Source of the DNA: a virus
Lineage: Duplodnaviria; Caudoviricetes
Reading direction: 5' to 3' (one strand)
Virus record (IMG/VR): IMGVR_UViG_3300044981_000214
Length of the DNA: 64,000 nucleotides
Of this stretch, positions 9,843 through 20,140 are shown in pieces; position 1 is the stretch's first letter, and the number at the start of each line of letters is the position of its first letter. The notes beneath the pieces are model-generated. The model made no database searches and was not told the DNA's origin. It saw only the letters and a program-made list of their open reading frames with translations. Position numbers and translations under genes: made by a program.

Positions 9843-10255
9843 TGCTTGCTCCTTGCTAGGTCACAAATGTAAGCATAGGCCAGTTCATCACTGGGAAATT
9901 CCATTCCTTGTGCGCAAAACACTGATTGTTTGGTGTCTCCGCTATACACAACCTGATGTCTTAACGCAGTTTTGTAGCCTGATTCGTAGTAGCCTCCACG
10001 CCCAGGTGCATTGGTAACCGGTACGAGGAACCAGACTAGATCAGAAGCAGCAGCCTCCGCAAGATCTTGATTCCCCCATTTGAGGCGGTCCTCTTTACTA
10101 GCGTCACGTGGATTGGCTGATCCGACCTTGGCGATTTCTTCAGGCCAGGTCTGGATCGGTGTGATGAGTCCATCGCGTATGGCGATTTCAGACCACTTTT
10201 TGACGCGTGCTATTTCTTCGGTGGTTGATGCAGCTGCTATGTATACCTTAAACAT
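9839..10255 (-). CDS. nucleoside 2-deoxyribosyltransferase-like protein
   Basis: KVYIAA...DLAEAAASDLVWFL...GRGGYYESGY. Confidence 0.7.
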   Translation of the reverse strand: MFKVYIAAASTTEEIARVKKWSEIAIRDGLITPIQTWPEEIAKVGSANPRDASKEDRLKWGNQDLAEAAASDLVWFLVPVTNAPGRGGYYESGYKTALRHQVVYSGDTKQSVFCAQGMEFPSDELAYAYICDLARSKQ

Positions 10256-10266
10256 TTTTCTCCTAT

Positions 10267-10578
10267 TCAGATGTTTCCAATGGCTACCAGAATCGGGCGA
10301 TCAATGGGATCGAAATCGACACGCATCGTGTAAGGTTCTGGTTTAGTAGTCAACCACGTTACCTTGTAGTCCCAATTACCGCCCAAATTACGTTGTCGTT
10401 GTTCGATGTCGTTGCGCCACTTTTCATACTCAGTCGTGTGTGTCACCGGATTGAAGACGTACCACGTGAGATGGGCCAAAGGCGCTACCCAATCGACTGG
10501 TACAAACCGGTACTCTATTACACCGCGGACGTCCTTTATATTGGACACCCTTCCAGTCTTAGCTGTAGCTGTCGTCAT
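10267..10578 (-). CDS. hypothetical protein
   Basis: Start moved to MTTATAK, coupled to upstream stop. Confidence 0.5.
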   Translation of the reverse strand: MTTATAKTGRVSNIKDVRGVIEYRFVPVDWVAPLAHLTWYVFNPVTHTTEYEKWRNDIEQRQRNLGGNWDYKVTWLTTKPEPYTMRVDFDPIDRPILVAIGNI

Positions 10579-10940
10579 TCTATTGATTCGAGAGCGGGTG
10601 CTGGAAAACACAAACACGGCATAGTCCATCCACCAACACGAAGTGGTTTGTCGAGCTTTATGCGCCAAAAACCTTCAATACTCGATGCGAAACCATTGTT
10701 GACTGCTTCGAGTACCTCACCCGTGTACACGCCGCATTTTACACGTTGGCCGACTGCAACCGGATCCCACGGCGTCCAACGGCACGCTTCAGGATAGCGT
10801 CTCTTGTAGAAAGCCATGATCGCTTTTTGGCAAGCGACACACATGACGAAGGATTCTACACGCGTTGTCATAGCCTCGCCGTGCATGGACTGCCTGCAGA
10901 GTGTTACCCGCTCGTCGTCTCGATAGCCGTGTAAGAACAT
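10575..10940 (-). CDS. hypothetical protein
   Basis: H..C...CVAC motif; in operon. Confidence 0.5.
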   Translation of the reverse strand: MFLHGYRDDERVTLCRQSMHGEAMTTRVESFVMCVACQKAIMAFYKRRYPEACRWTPWDPVAVGQRVKCGVYTGEVLEAVNNGFASSIEGFWRIKLDKPLRVGGWTMPCLCFPAPALESIE

Positions 10941-11510
10941 CTATTTGCCAGTACTCCCGAAACCGTGTTCACCACGGTCGGAGGTTGGCAGACTATCAAC
11001 AAGATCAATAGGCAAGTTGGCAACTCGGGCGATTACGAGCTGCGCTATTTTCATGCCATAGGTAATTTTGAAGGGCACGTAGCTGAGATTCCTAACAATC
11101 AACAATATCTCACCGGTAAATCCAGCGTCTATTGTCCCGGGCGAGTTTGTCAGGGTTATTTCGTATTGTTTAGCTAACCCGGATCGCGGTCGTACTTGAC
11201 CCTCAAAACCTGTTGGGATAGCCAAAGCGATTCCGGTTCCAATGGTGCCTTGTGAGTGACTATGTATCCACCACGGTCTGATACATCCAGACGAGTCTCG
11301 CTTCCAGCACGCAAACAGATCTAGTCCTGCATCGTCACGGTGGGCACGTCGAGGTACTATGGCGTCTGTATGCAAACGTTTAACTAGAAGACGGTCGTGG
11401 AGCGGGTCTAATGGCTGGAACTCTTCTAGATTTTTGATTCTCTTTTCTTGTTCTAGCAGTTTTAGCTCAAGGTCCATCACACGGCATATAAGTCTGTCAT
11501 TCGGGTTCAT
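10941..11510 (-). CDS. dut: trimeric dUTPase
   Basis: AGLDL, GQVRPRSGLA, NSPGTIDAGFTGEI, KIAQLV, RGEHGFGSTG motifs. Confidence 0.95.
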   Translation of the reverse strand: MNPNDRLICRVMDLELKLLEQEKRIKNLEEFQPLDPLHDRLLVKRLHTDAIVPRRAHRDDAGLDLFACWKRDSSGCIRPWWIHSHSQGTIGTGIALAIPTGFEGQVRPRSGLAKQYEITLTNSPGTIDAGFTGEILLIVRNLSYVPFKITYGMKIAQLVIARVANLPIDLVDSLPTSDRGEHGFGSTGK

Positions 11511-11513
11511 GAC

Positions 11514-11882
11514 CTACGAAACCTTGTTATCTTCCTTGAGGCGGTCTGCACGTTGCTGGTGGAGTACAGCTGTTCTTGTCTTAGCTTGATCTATCAGGAT
11601 CTCGTCAGGCTCGCCTTCATCTAACGGTGAAACAGTTATTAGATTTTCGGCGTCTGCTGATTGAACGAAGCCGTCCTGCCAGACCAGAGGCTCGACTTTG
11701 TAGCCGTTCCGTTCTAGGCCCCAACCAATTAGGCGAATATGAGAAAGTGATCCGTCGTCTTCGAGGTACCAAGCTACCCAGCTACCTCCAGGTAGAAGCT
11801 GAGCGATTTTGTTATCACAGTTAGAACAGGTTGTATGAGGACAGGTTTTAATATCGTGGTCGTCGTATTTGGCATCAGACAT
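11514..11882 (-). CDS. hypothetical protein (probable paralog of 12356..12757)
   Basis: N-terminal Cys pair; IGWGL...VEPLV pattern. Confidence 0.55.
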   Translation of the reverse strand: MSDAKYDDHDIKTCPHTTCSNCDNKIAQLLPGGSWVAWYLEDDGSLSHIRLIGWGLERNGYKVEPLVWQDGFVQSADAENLITVSPLDEGEPDEILIDQAKTRTAVLHQQRADRLKEDNKVS

Positions 11883-11885
11883 GAA

Positions 11886-12173
11886 TCACTCCTGGTTGGC
11901 GTTTAGCCATTCAACAATAACCTCTCCATGACAGCGTTTTGGGCTGCACCAACAGGCAAGACGTTTATTTCTTAGTCCCAATACTTGCTGCCTGAAGTCA
12001 ATGTCACGGTCGATACGTTGAAGAAAATACGTCCTGTACTTGATCAAGATCGCGTCACGATCACCTTGCGTTCCGAGATAGAAAGGATTGCCGAAGATGC
12101 TTGACCGGTCAATCTTGACGTCAAATGCATCCGTATGGTGCATGTTGACAATCGTTGTCTCAAGAAAGAGCAT
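11886..12173 (-). CDS. DUF4326-family protein
   Basis: DVKIDRSSIFGNPF...LACWCSPKRCHGEVI. Confidence 0.85.
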   Translation of the reverse strand: MLFLETTIVNMHHTDAFDVKIDRSSIFGNPFYLGTQGDRDAILIKYRTYFLQRIDRDIDFRQQVLGLRNKRLACWCSPKRCHGEVIVEWLNANQE

Positions 12174-12176
12174 CGA

Positions 12177-12359
12177 TCAACGTAAGGTTTTAGGCACAGC
12201 ACCGCCTGCAGCGCGGTAAATCTTCACGCAGGCAGAAACCATCGGGTCAGCCATATCATCACTACCGTCATTGGCGAAGGCATACTCTGGATTTCCGCCG
12301 GATAGATGTCCGATCAGTTCGTACACAGCTTTACATTCTTCCTTGGTCAAGTTGATCAT
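12177..12359 (-). CDS. hypothetical protein
   Basis: Coupled ORF. Confidence 0.5.
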   Translation of the reverse strand: MINLTKEECKAVYELIGHLSGGNPEYAFANDGSDDMADPMVSACVKIYRAAGGAVPKTLR

Positions 12360-12757
12360 GCCAAATCACTTTCTTTCGTCATCGCTGCTCGATGTTCGGC
12401 TACAAGCTCATCCATCGCCTCACGATACTCTATAAGAAGCTGGTCGCCTACAGCCTCAACTTCGTCAACGCTTGCCACACCCATATAGTTACCAAACTCA
12501 GTCGCGTCGACAATCTCTCCGTTAGCACAAACCATAGGGTGAACCGCTGTCTGTCCGTTATACTCCACTAGAGCCCAGCAGACAATTTGCATTAGCTCGG
12601 GACTATTACTGGAGTCTTCATCAGCGTCATGATCAGGTGCCAGCATCACAACAACGTCATTACAGGCGTTGGAGGTAAGCCCAATCGTCTTGAAAATTGC
12701 TCCGCCACAACCAGGACATACGTCATGATGCGTCTCTTCGTCTTTCTTGTCTTTCAT
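12356..12757 (-). CDS. hypothetical protein
   Basis: CPGC; VCWALV...VHPMV pattern. Confidence 0.55.
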   Translation of the reverse strand: MKDKKDEETHHDVCPGCGGAIFKTIGLTSNACNDVVVMLAPDHDADEDSSNSPELMQIVCWALVEYNGQTAVHPMVCANGEIVDATEFGNYMGVASVDEVEAVGDQLLIEYREAMDELVAEHRAAMTKESDLA

Positions 12758-14526
12758 GTTAGTCTACGGAAAGTATAAAGCATAACGCCGCCAGGTCCCG
12801 GTTTCTGTTGGACGTTGAAGTGCGCTGATAGTGCTTCATTCATTTCACGTAGTCGTGCTGCGAGTGCCTTGGGCGACTTGTAAAATCCCGTTGCCTGTGT
12901 CTTGGCAAGGTTGGCTAGGTCACGGAACAAATCGTTGACCTTGATCTCACGTCCCTGATTAGCTGTCAGGTCCAGCCACTTGTCAAGCAAGTCTACGAGC
13001 GAATCGCCTTCAGTCTGCAGCGCCTCACGTTCGGTCTGCATCGCTTCAAGCATCTTGTCGACGTGCTCACGCGACCAATCGCCAGGGGGGCCTTCAGGAT
13101 GGCTGCTAAACACACGTCCGATCAAATAGGCCAGGCGAGCAAAGTCGGCCAACCTGTATTTGGTGATGAGCAGTTCTTGGGGCTTACGTAGCTCAGCGAC
13201 AATTTCATTTAGCCAATATAGCCACTCGCCGAAAATTTCCGAACGCCAAAACTTTACTTGTTCGATGAGCTGATGCGCCGATACAAAGCCCTCTTTAGCT
13301 GCACGACGTTCCAGGCGCACAATCAAACACCTGTCCGCGAGCTGAGGCTGGCGGAATGTCATCGGGTTGTTAGTCGTGATCGCGAAATAGCTATGAGGCC
13401 TGATCGGGACTTCAGTGTCGTCGGTATACAGCTTACGCCTTGAAAACTTGCCGCCGGTAGCATAGCTGGCCAACAGATCCTGTAGCCAGTCTATGGTTGT
13501 GTTGACGTCATCGAGAATAGCGATCGGTGACCGAAGAATCTTGATAGGGAAGTCAGGGTCTTCTTTCTTGGCGATTTGGATCGGACTGGACTTGCCATGT
13601 AACGCCATAGCGATGCGTTGCGCAGCGAACGTTTTTCCTGACCCCATCAATCCTTCAAGCAACAAAAAAGGCTTGGACGGTAGCAAATCAGGAAACGCCA
13701 AAGTAAATATCCAGATACCCATACACATTTTCTGGGTCTCTGGTGACATGCCGCCTGAGGTAGTTGGCACGTACTGCAGGTCGTTGATCAGGTGGCGAAA
13801 TAACAGGTGATGATTGCCGATATTGGACAAAGGGTCATCGTTAAACACTGGAGCGTCAACGCCCTTACCCTCATCGTCGTCGATGAACAATGCCGAGCCA
13901 GATCCATTGGGAACAATCTGGATATTTGCGTCCCCTGTAATTTCGTAACAGCTACCGTCATAGCGTGAAATGTAAAGTGTTTTGGTGTCCTCATCCCAGA
14001 ACGTGAACCTACGAATATCACGGAGTTTTCCCGAGGCAAGCGCGCCGCACTTTAACGAAGTGATAATGTGTTTGGTGTCGCTCTCGCTAGGATTCAGCCC
14101 ATACGCGTTCCACATATAGGCACCAAACACTTCATCGTTGGGTTCGATACGGTACAACTTATTGAAGCGGGCATCGAACAGGTACGCGCGATTGTCTAGT
14201 GTTCGGATGAACGAGCCGCGTGAACTTTTGCCGTTCTCATAGTTAGCGATGAAGTTGTAAATGATTCGGCGCTTGACGTCCGCGTTGTAAGCCTTGTTAT
14301 AACGGATCGTCCAGACATGTTGCTTGGTCCACGCATGAGGGTCCGTGCTAGGTTGACTGCCGCCACCGCTGCCAGACCCACCGCCACCACCGTTGGGACC
14401 TCCGCCTGTGCCACCTGCAGGGGCCATCGGTGTAGGATTTGAACCGCCTGGCGGTCCAGACGCGCCTCCATTATTTCCGCTATTTCCACCACTTGCAGCG
14501 CCGGGAAAGGAAACGATGTTCGACAT
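12754..14526 (-). CDS. P-loop ATPase, probable primase-associated replicative helicase, with Gly-rich N-terminus
   Basis: Walker A GLMGSGKT, Walker B IAILDDV, ATGG.FSRRKLYTD, ITTN, LADRC. Confidence 0.75.
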   Translation of the reverse strand: MSNIVSFPGAASGGNSGNNGGASGPPGGSNPTPMAPAGGTGGGPNGGGGGSGSGGGSQPSTDPHAWTKQHVWTIRYNKAYNADVKRRIIYNFIANYENGKSSRGSFIRTLDNRAYLFDARFNKLYRIEPNDEVFGAYMWNAYGLNPSESDTKHIITSLKCGALASGKLRDIRRFTFWDEDTKTLYISRYDGSCYEITGDANIQIVPNGSGSALFIDDDEGKGVDAPVFNDDPLSNIGNHHLLFRHLINDLQYVPTTSGGMSPETQKMCMGIWIFTLAFPDLLPSKPFLLLEGLMGSGKTFAAQRIAMALHGKSSPIQIAKKEDPDFPIKILRSPIAILDDVNTTIDWLQDLLASYATGGKFSRRKLYTDDTEVPIRPHSYFAITTNNPMTFRQPQLADRCLIVRLERRAAKEGFVSAHQLIEQVKFWRSEIFGEWLYWLNEIVAELRKPQELLITKYRLADFARLAYLIGRVFSSHPEGPPGDWSREHVDKMLEAMQTEREALQTEGDSLVDLLDKWLDLTANQGREIKVNDLFRDLANLAKTQATGFYKSPKALAARLREMNEALSAHFNVQQKPGPGGVMLYTFRRLT

Positions 14527-14529
14527 GGT

Positions 14530-14757
14530 GGAGAGCTAAGACACGCCACAGCCAATCCGCTGGCTGCGGTTAGATCGTGTAGCAGAAGATATTACGACCA
14601 GTCAAGGTATGGAAGCTAGGAGAAAATTTTTTCATCTGAAAAACTCTAGCAGCATCCATTGGATCGGCCGAAGTCAAGGGTAGAAATTGGGCGGTCGCTT
14701 GACATAGCGTGCTGTGTGCTGGTAATCACATCGATTCGTGTGGGGTCAGCCTTGACT
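14530..14757. promoter_or_regulatory. divergent promoter region between the two replication arms
   Basis: Non-coding gap; TTGACA at 14699 (+) and TTGACT on minus strand near 14601-14606. Confidence 0.5.
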
Positions 14758-16530
14758 ATGGCACTGGTTGATGCTCTTGGAAGTATCAAGCCACACCCAA
14801 CGCGACCGGACTGGTACGCGATCCCAGATTCATGGGGGCCGACACTAGCAGGCGTCCCATCGGTTCAGCTCGATAAGAAATATGGCATTGTCGCGCACCG
14901 CAGTCATTTACCGATATTGGCTGTCGCTCACTCTGAAGCGCAACAATTTCTAGAGCAGCTAAAGACCACGCCCAATTTATTAGCGCGGGCTGCGTTTGAC
15001 ACTGAGACGCTAAAAAACGGCTGGGCATTACGCGAGCACCAACACGCTGCTCGTGAGTTTATCTTAAATCGGCGAGGCACATTGCTGGCCGACCAGATGC
15101 GTGTTGGCAAAACACTCTCGGCTTTATCGACACATGATCCTGACTCTGGTCCACTAGTAGTAGTCGCTCCTCTTGCTACGCGTGAAGTCTGGATAACATG
15201 GTTTCGTAGACGCTGGCCTGATGTTCGACCTACGGTAGTGCAAGGCAAGACCGTCAAGTATTTCGACGAGGAAGACAAGAAAAAGCCTGTAAAACGTCGT
15301 CGAGACCCTGGCTATGACATCATTGATGCAGAGCGATTTGACCCTCAAGTATTTGCCAAAGCCAAGTTGATATTTATCAACTATGACATCTTGGCAGGCT
15401 GGAAAGACTTCGGTTTTCGTCGAATCGGGACATTGATATTCGATGAGTGTCACGTAATCACGTGGAAGGCTGGTTCGACCGCCAAACGTGCTACGGCCGC
15501 ACTGTATATATCGACATCAGCTGAACGTGTTATTGGCTTATCTGGCACGCCTATGTGGAACAAGCCGGTTGGCTTGTACACGATGCTTAGCTGCCTCAAT
15601 CCTGGTGCTTGGGGCAAGCCGTTTAATTTCAGGGAGCGCTACAGCCTCTTAACCGAAGGCGAGTATGGCTTGGTCAGCAACGGCACGCAGCACGAAAATG
15701 AATTCAAGCTGAGGCTGACCGAAGTCATGTTGCGGCGAACTTGGGAGGACGTCTCAGGGCATTTACCTGCGATCGAACGCACGGTTGAAGTTGTAGACAT
15801 CACCGAACGGCAGGCCTTTGAAATCGAGAAACAAGCTGAAGCAGTACGTGATTATAGCCAACGATCTACTGCTATAGGTAACGTTGCACGCTTTAGGCGT
15901 CTGTTAGCCAAACTGAAACTCCCTGCAGCGACGGACGCAGCACTTCGTGTATTGCAGTCTGAAGAAAAAGTCATTGTTTGGACGTGGCACAGGTCAGTAG
16001 CTATAGAAATAGAAGATCGATTATCCAAGCAAGGCTACCCCGGCTATGTTGTATCGGGTGAGACACATATGGACTTGCGCGAGGCGATTTTCGATCGCTG
16101 GCGCAACAATGGGCCTGCACCGTTAGTTATTACTTTGGCTGTTGGACAGGTCGGTATCGACCTAAGTGCTGCACGCCAAGAAGTGTTCGCCGAGTTGGAC
16201 TTTACGCCAGCTATAGTCGCTCAAGCGGAGATGCGGCCGTTCACACCGACGCAACCAATCTCGGCAACGTACGTGATTATCGATCATGAAATCGAACGCA
16301 AGTTGCTAGAAGCGTTGCAGACTAAGTGCGAGCTGTCCTATCGACTAGGTGTACCGGCTGCAGAGTCTGCTGTAGACGTTTTGGCTAGTACGTTCACGGG
16401 TACTACTTCCCGAGGGGAAGTTTTGTTTGATGCAAGCGCGCTTGCACTAGCAGTTATGTCAGACCACCCTGATATAGAAGACATCGAGAACAACTTCCAC
16501 GGCAATGCGTGGACCGACGAGGACGATTAA
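14758..16530 (+). CDS. SNF2-like (SF2) helicase
   Basis: LREHQ, LADQMRVGKT, IFDECH, GLSGTP, GQVGIDL, QAEMR; start moved to ATG 14758. Confidence 0.85.
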   Translation: MALVDALGSIKPHPTRPDWYAIPDSWGPTLAGVPSVQLDKKYGIVAHRSHLPILAVAHSEAQQFLEQLKTTPNLLARAAFDTETLKNGWALREHQHAAREFILNRRGTLLADQMRVGKTLSALSTHDPDSGPLVVVAPLATREVWITWFRRRWPDVRPTVVQGKTVKYFDEEDKKKPVKRRRDPGYDIIDAERFDPQVFAKAKLIFINYDILAGWKDFGFRRIGTLIFDECHVITWKAGSTAKRATAALYISTSAERVIGLSGTPMWNKPVGLYTMLSCLNPGAWGKPFNFRERYSLLTEGEYGLVSNGTQHENEFKLRLTEVMLRRTWEDVSGHLPAIERTVEVVDITERQAFEIEKQAEAVRDYSQRSTAIGNVARFRRLLAKLKLPAATDAALRVLQSEEKVIVWTWHRSVAIEIEDRLSKQGYPGYVVSGETHMDLREAIFDRWRNNGPAPLVITLAVGQVGIDLSAARQEVFAELDFTPAIVAQAEMRPFTPTQPISATYVIIDHEIERKLLEALQTKCELSYRLGVPAAESAVDVLASTFTGTTSRGEVLFDASALALAVMSDHPDIEDIENNFHGNAWTDEDD

Positions 16531-17028
16531 ATGGGAGCGCATATCAATAAAGAGGGTCTCTTTCAGTCCGACAAATACCCGACAACGCCGGCTGGCAAGG
16601 TTCCGTTGAGTGTTAAAGATCCAACGGCCCAAGATTTACTCTGGGAATATGCCCAGCGCCGTAGGTCTGTTGATGCTGAGTTCTCGGCTGATTTAGAAAC
16701 ATGTCTGCGTAATGCAGGCTACTCTAAAGAAGACCCTCGTGAGACAGATCTGAAACAGGGCCTTAGACAGCTAACCATAGGACAATTGCGAAGACTGCAG
16801 TCACATCTCAATAGAGGTCTACCAATACTATTGGATCGTGACCAAGAGGGCCGACCTTGTTACTCTTCTCCCAATCTGTGCTGTCCTCTTGTTATTGCTA
16901 TCGGTTTAGAGCCTGACTTATTGCCTAAGATGTGGAGTGCTAGCGAGATAAATAGCCGACAGGATTTGGCCAAGGCCGTAATCGACCTTATCCAAGAGAA
17001 AGCTATCGGCGAGAATCCGACGCAGTAA
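16531..17028 (+). CDS. hypothetical protein
   Basis: Abuts helicase stop. Confidence 0.55.
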   Translation: MGAHINKEGLFQSDKYPTTPAGKVPLSVKDPTAQDLLWEYAQRRRSVDAEFSADLETCLRNAGYSKEDPRETDLKQGLRQLTIGQLRRLQSHLNRGLPILLDRDQEGRPCYSSPNLCCPLVIAIGLEPDLLPKMWSASEINSRQDLAKAVIDLIQEKAIGENPTQ

Positions 17029-17030
17029 AA

Positions 17031-17516
17031 ATGAAGTCTGACGTTCATTTCCAACAGACTTGCGAGAAGGCTCACCAACGTGAGCACGAGTTCGCCGAGT
17101 ATGTGACCAATACCTTTGGTCTAACTGTAGAAGTGCTGTCTAAAGGTTTTCGTGCGACGCGGGAAGATATTGCTGACTATGCTCACGATGTTGATTTGAA
17201 GGTCAACGGATTTCTCTGCCAGTTCAAGTATCGTGATGTTGCTTTAGCGACTTTGAAAGCTAAGAAATGGCGTCCGATCATAGACGAACAGCTAAAAGCG
17301 CATCGTACGCCGGTCGATTTCTATATCTTGAGATTTAGTGATGCTACGCTAGTAACGCCGTATCAGCCTTTCGCTTGGCGCAATAACACAGCTTGGAAAG
17401 TAGAAGCTAAACACGATGAAAGTGATAAGTCACTAAAGGCTTATTACACAATTGATCCGTCTGACTGCATTGAATTAGAGACTTGGATAGCGGATATCCA
17501 AAAGGCGAGGTGCTGA
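17031..17516 (+). CDS. PD-(D/E)xK-like nuclease-fold protein
   Basis: E....DVDLKV....CQFKYR pattern. Confidence 0.5.
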   Translation: MKSDVHFQQTCEKAHQREHEFAEYVTNTFGLTVEVLSKGFRATREDIADYAHDVDLKVNGFLCQFKYRDVALATLKAKKWRPIIDEQLKAHRTPVDFYILRFSDATLVTPYQPFAWRNNTAWKVEAKHDESDKSLKAYYTIDPSDCIELETWIADIQKARC

Positions 17517-17518
17517 CA

Positions 17519-17716
17519 ATGCCGCATTGTGGTGAAACCGAACCCTGTGCTGACGATGTTTATTGCAATTGCGACTGTTCGCAGTGCCGTGACACCGACT
17601 GCTACCGTCCAGGATGCAGTAATAAGTCGGGGTGCAATAAGATTCACACCGGTGATGCGCAATGGATGCGTCGATTTGAAATCGAGCACGCAAGGAGATC
17701 ATTCGGATGGCGATGA
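17519..17716 (+). CDS. small Cys-rich protein
   Basis: 9 Cys in about 40 aa. Confidence 0.45.
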   Translation: MPHCGETEPCADDVYCNCDCSQCRDTDCYRPGCSNKSGCNKIHTGDAQWMRRFEIEHARRSFGWR

Positions 17717-17919
17717 AGAACGAAGATTGGGGTTCTCCATATCGCGATCCACCCGAATGCGATCATGGCGTGACGTTTGACGAAGTAGCTGCGCGTGGAT
17801 TGGACGCACATGAAGTCAGGAAACGTTGGCCGCGATTGGGCGGTAACTGTAAGTTGGGCTGCGGCTACAATGGCATCTACTATGCGTCCTTTATGCATTA
17901 CCTAATGGGAGATTGGTGA
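17707..17919 (+). CDS. hypothetical protein
   Basis: Coupled ORF. Confidence 0.5.
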   Translation: MAMKNEDWGSPYRDPPECDHGVTFDEVAARGLDAHEVRKRWPRLGGNCKLGCGYNGIYYASFMHYLMGDW

Positions 17920-18893
17920 ATAGAAATATGTATATAGATGAAAAGACCATCAGTCTGTTCCCCACAGTCGAGTACCCGTATATCGACGAGGTCACTAGTG
18001 ATATATTTGAAGAATACGGATTACCTCGTTTAGGCGGTGCTTCGGGTAGGGGATGGTCTTCCTTCGCGACCATCCAACGTTGTCCACACCTCTACAAAGT
18101 CACGTATCTAGACCGATTTCGGGGGACACCCGGTAAAGCGCTAGAGGTAGGTAGCATTATGCATACGTTGCTAGCGCTCTATTATAGTTGGATGGTCGAT
18201 GACAACTGGAAGCTAACCCCAGAGATCATGAAGAATGCGTTGATGCAGCGAGGTGCTAGACCTGAATCAGTAATTGAAGGTTGGCGACTATTTGATGCTT
18301 ATCAGAATCATTACACAAGCGATTATATCTATCCAATCGCTCAAGAAGTTTGGGCGCAAGATCCTGACGGCAATACCTGTCGTTACGATTTGATAGCCCG
18401 CGTTGTAGAAGATCAACCAGGAATACCTGCAGGCATTTTCAACATTGAACACAAAAGTGCTGCACGTTTTTCCCAGCCTTATTTAGACGGGTGGCGAAAT
18501 GATGGCGAAGTTATCGGCCAAATGATGATTTGGAAACGGTCGGGCCTTGATGAGAAATACGGTGAATTGAAGGGGACTATTGTTAACATCATTGGCAAGC
18601 AGAAGGTCCCGCTATTTCATCGAACGATCATTCCATTGGAAGCATGGCATGTATCGCAGCATGCACAGGACCTAAAGATGTGGACTGCAATTAGGAATAT
18701 GTATGAGGCATCTGGATTTTGGCCAAAGTCTCGTACGAACTGCACTAATAAGTACGGGACCTGTCAGATTTTTGATTCGTGCGCTTCCAACCAAGAGCCA
18801 AAGACGATCGATCAGTTGATCCAAATTTCACTCGACAAAACAGTCAAGGCTGCTGCAGAAATGTCTCCTAATGATACCGAAGCAGATGACTAA
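17913..18893 (+). CDS. PD-(D/E)xK exonuclease (Cas4/RecB-like)
   Basis: WSSF...RCP..Y, GSIMH, E...RYDLI, IEHKS, C-terminal C..KYGTC.....C. Confidence 0.8.
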   Translation: MVNRNMYIDEKTISLFPTVEYPYIDEVTSDIFEEYGLPRLGGASGRGWSSFATIQRCPHLYKVTYLDRFRGTPGKALEVGSIMHTLLALYYSWMVDDNWKLTPEIMKNALMQRGARPESVIEGWRLFDAYQNHYTSDYIYPIAQEVWAQDPDGNTCRYDLIARVVEDQPGIPAGIFNIEHKSAARFSQPYLDGWRNDGEVIGQMMIWKRSGLDEKYGELKGTIVNIIGKQKVPLFHRTIIPLEAWHVSQHAQDLKMWTAIRNMYEASGFWPKSRTNCTNKYGTCQIFDSCASNQEPKTIDQLIQISLDKTVKAAAEMSPNDTEADD

Positions 18894-19047
18894 ACGTGTC
18901 CAAGAAATCGGATGGCAGACAATACGTATAACGTTGATCGTTGTTGCTGCCGTCGTCGCATTGGCCGTTATACTCATGATGGCAATCATTGCGTTCACGT
19001 CTTCAGCAATCACAGAGACTTCGAAGTTTCTTTCCGAAAAGGCTTGA
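18886..19047 (+). CDS. small single-pass membrane protein (53 aa)
   Basis: Manually translated MTKRVQEIGWQTIRITLIVVAAVVALAVILMMAIIAF... Confidence 0.5.
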   Translation: MTKRVQEIGWQTIRITLIVVAAVVALAVILMMAIIAFTSSAITETSKFLSEKA

Positions 19048-19150
19048 ACTCTTTCTCAGGACGCGTTATCTAGATCCACCCTGCGAGATCGGCTGTTGAG
19101 TCACTAACCCCGCTCCAGCCAATCAATCCACCTCCCCAAGGAGCAAACAT

Positions 19151-20080
19151 TTGCGCGTAGTCGATATCACAAACAAGTCCGCAGCCAATCGAATCACTGC
19201 TCTTTCTTATGGACAGTCGCGAGCCGGCAAATCCAGATGGGCTGCAACTTGGCCTCGACCGTTATTTCTATCTGACGCTACTGAGTCAGGGTGGGAAACA
19301 GTCCGTAGCATGAACCGTAATGCGTGGTTCGAGCCAGATCGTGCGCCAATCGTTTGGGCTATTGAGACTGCTAGTGACATGCGTCAGGCGATTCGTGACG
19401 CTAAACCGCTTATTCAGCAAGGCGAGGTTCTTACTGTTGTAATTGACAGCCTAACTTTCTATGCCGACCTGTTTTTCAATTTCTTAGATAGCGCCGGTCG
19501 AGTCGACCAGCGTCAGCTCTACCAGAAGCTGGGCCAGCACCTTAAGACAATTCGCGAAGAAGTTCATTTACTTGGCTGTAACGTTGTGTGGTTGGCACTT
19601 GAAAAGCCCCCTGGCGAGGACACGCCAGTAGGTGGCCCGATGTTGAGTGGATCGAACGCACAGAAATTTGCTGCTGGCTGTGACTACGTTTTCTATCATC
19701 GTAGTTTTCAGGTAACGCCTACGGCACCTGCGCAATGGGAAATCCGTACAAAGCGCTATCAGAATTATCAAGCCGGTGGTCGCGATGAAGGTCGACTGAC
19801 TGACCCGCTTGGTTATTTCGCAGTTGGCGAAGATGGCAATGAAATTTTCATGACTGATTGTAACTATCGAACAGTTGCTGAATGCCTAGGCATCTTGGAG
19901 CCCGGCGACGGTCCCGAGAAACTGATCGCGGCAATGCAAACTGAGCAACAGCTAATCGCTGCGCGTCACGCTGTAGCAAGATCAGTAACAGCTGTAGAGC
20001 CCACCACGGATACAGCTCCAGCTACATCCGCACCAACGCCTACCAACGGCAAGCGTCCCACCCCACCACAAACTCGTTAA
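19151..20080 (+). CDS. AAA_24 / Sak4-like ATPase (phage recombinase family)
   Basis: YGQSRAGKSRWA, TVVIDSLT; lies between exonuclease and DUF669. Confidence 0.8.
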   Translation: MRVVDITNKSAANRITALSYGQSRAGKSRWAATWPRPLFLSDATESGWETVRSMNRNAWFEPDRAPIVWAIETASDMRQAIRDAKPLIQQGEVLTVVIDSLTFYADLFFNFLDSAGRVDQRQLYQKLGQHLKTIREEVHLLGCNVVWLALEKPPGEDTPVGGPMLSGSNAQKFAAGCDYVFYHRSFQVTPTAPAQWEIRTKRYQNYQAGGRDEGRLTDPLGYFAVGEDGNEIFMTDCNYRTVAECLGILEPGDGPEKLIAAMQTEQQLIAARHAVARSVTAVEPTTDTAPATSAPTPTNGKRPTPPQTR

Positions 20081-20100
20081 AATAAGTTACCAGTAACTCA

Positions 20101-20134
20101 AACAAGGAAACAAGGAAACAAGGAAACAAGGAAA
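20101..20134 (+). repeat. tandem 8-bp repeat (AACAAGGA x4) in SSB ribosome-binding region
   Basis: aacaaggaaacaaggaaacaaggaaacaaggaaa directly upstream of ATG 20141. Confidence 0.9.
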
Positions 20135-20140
20135 GCACAA

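Noticed and set aside
14330-14500. GC-rich repeat-like tract
   Set aside because: Explained by the Gly-rich low-complexity N-terminus of the helicase
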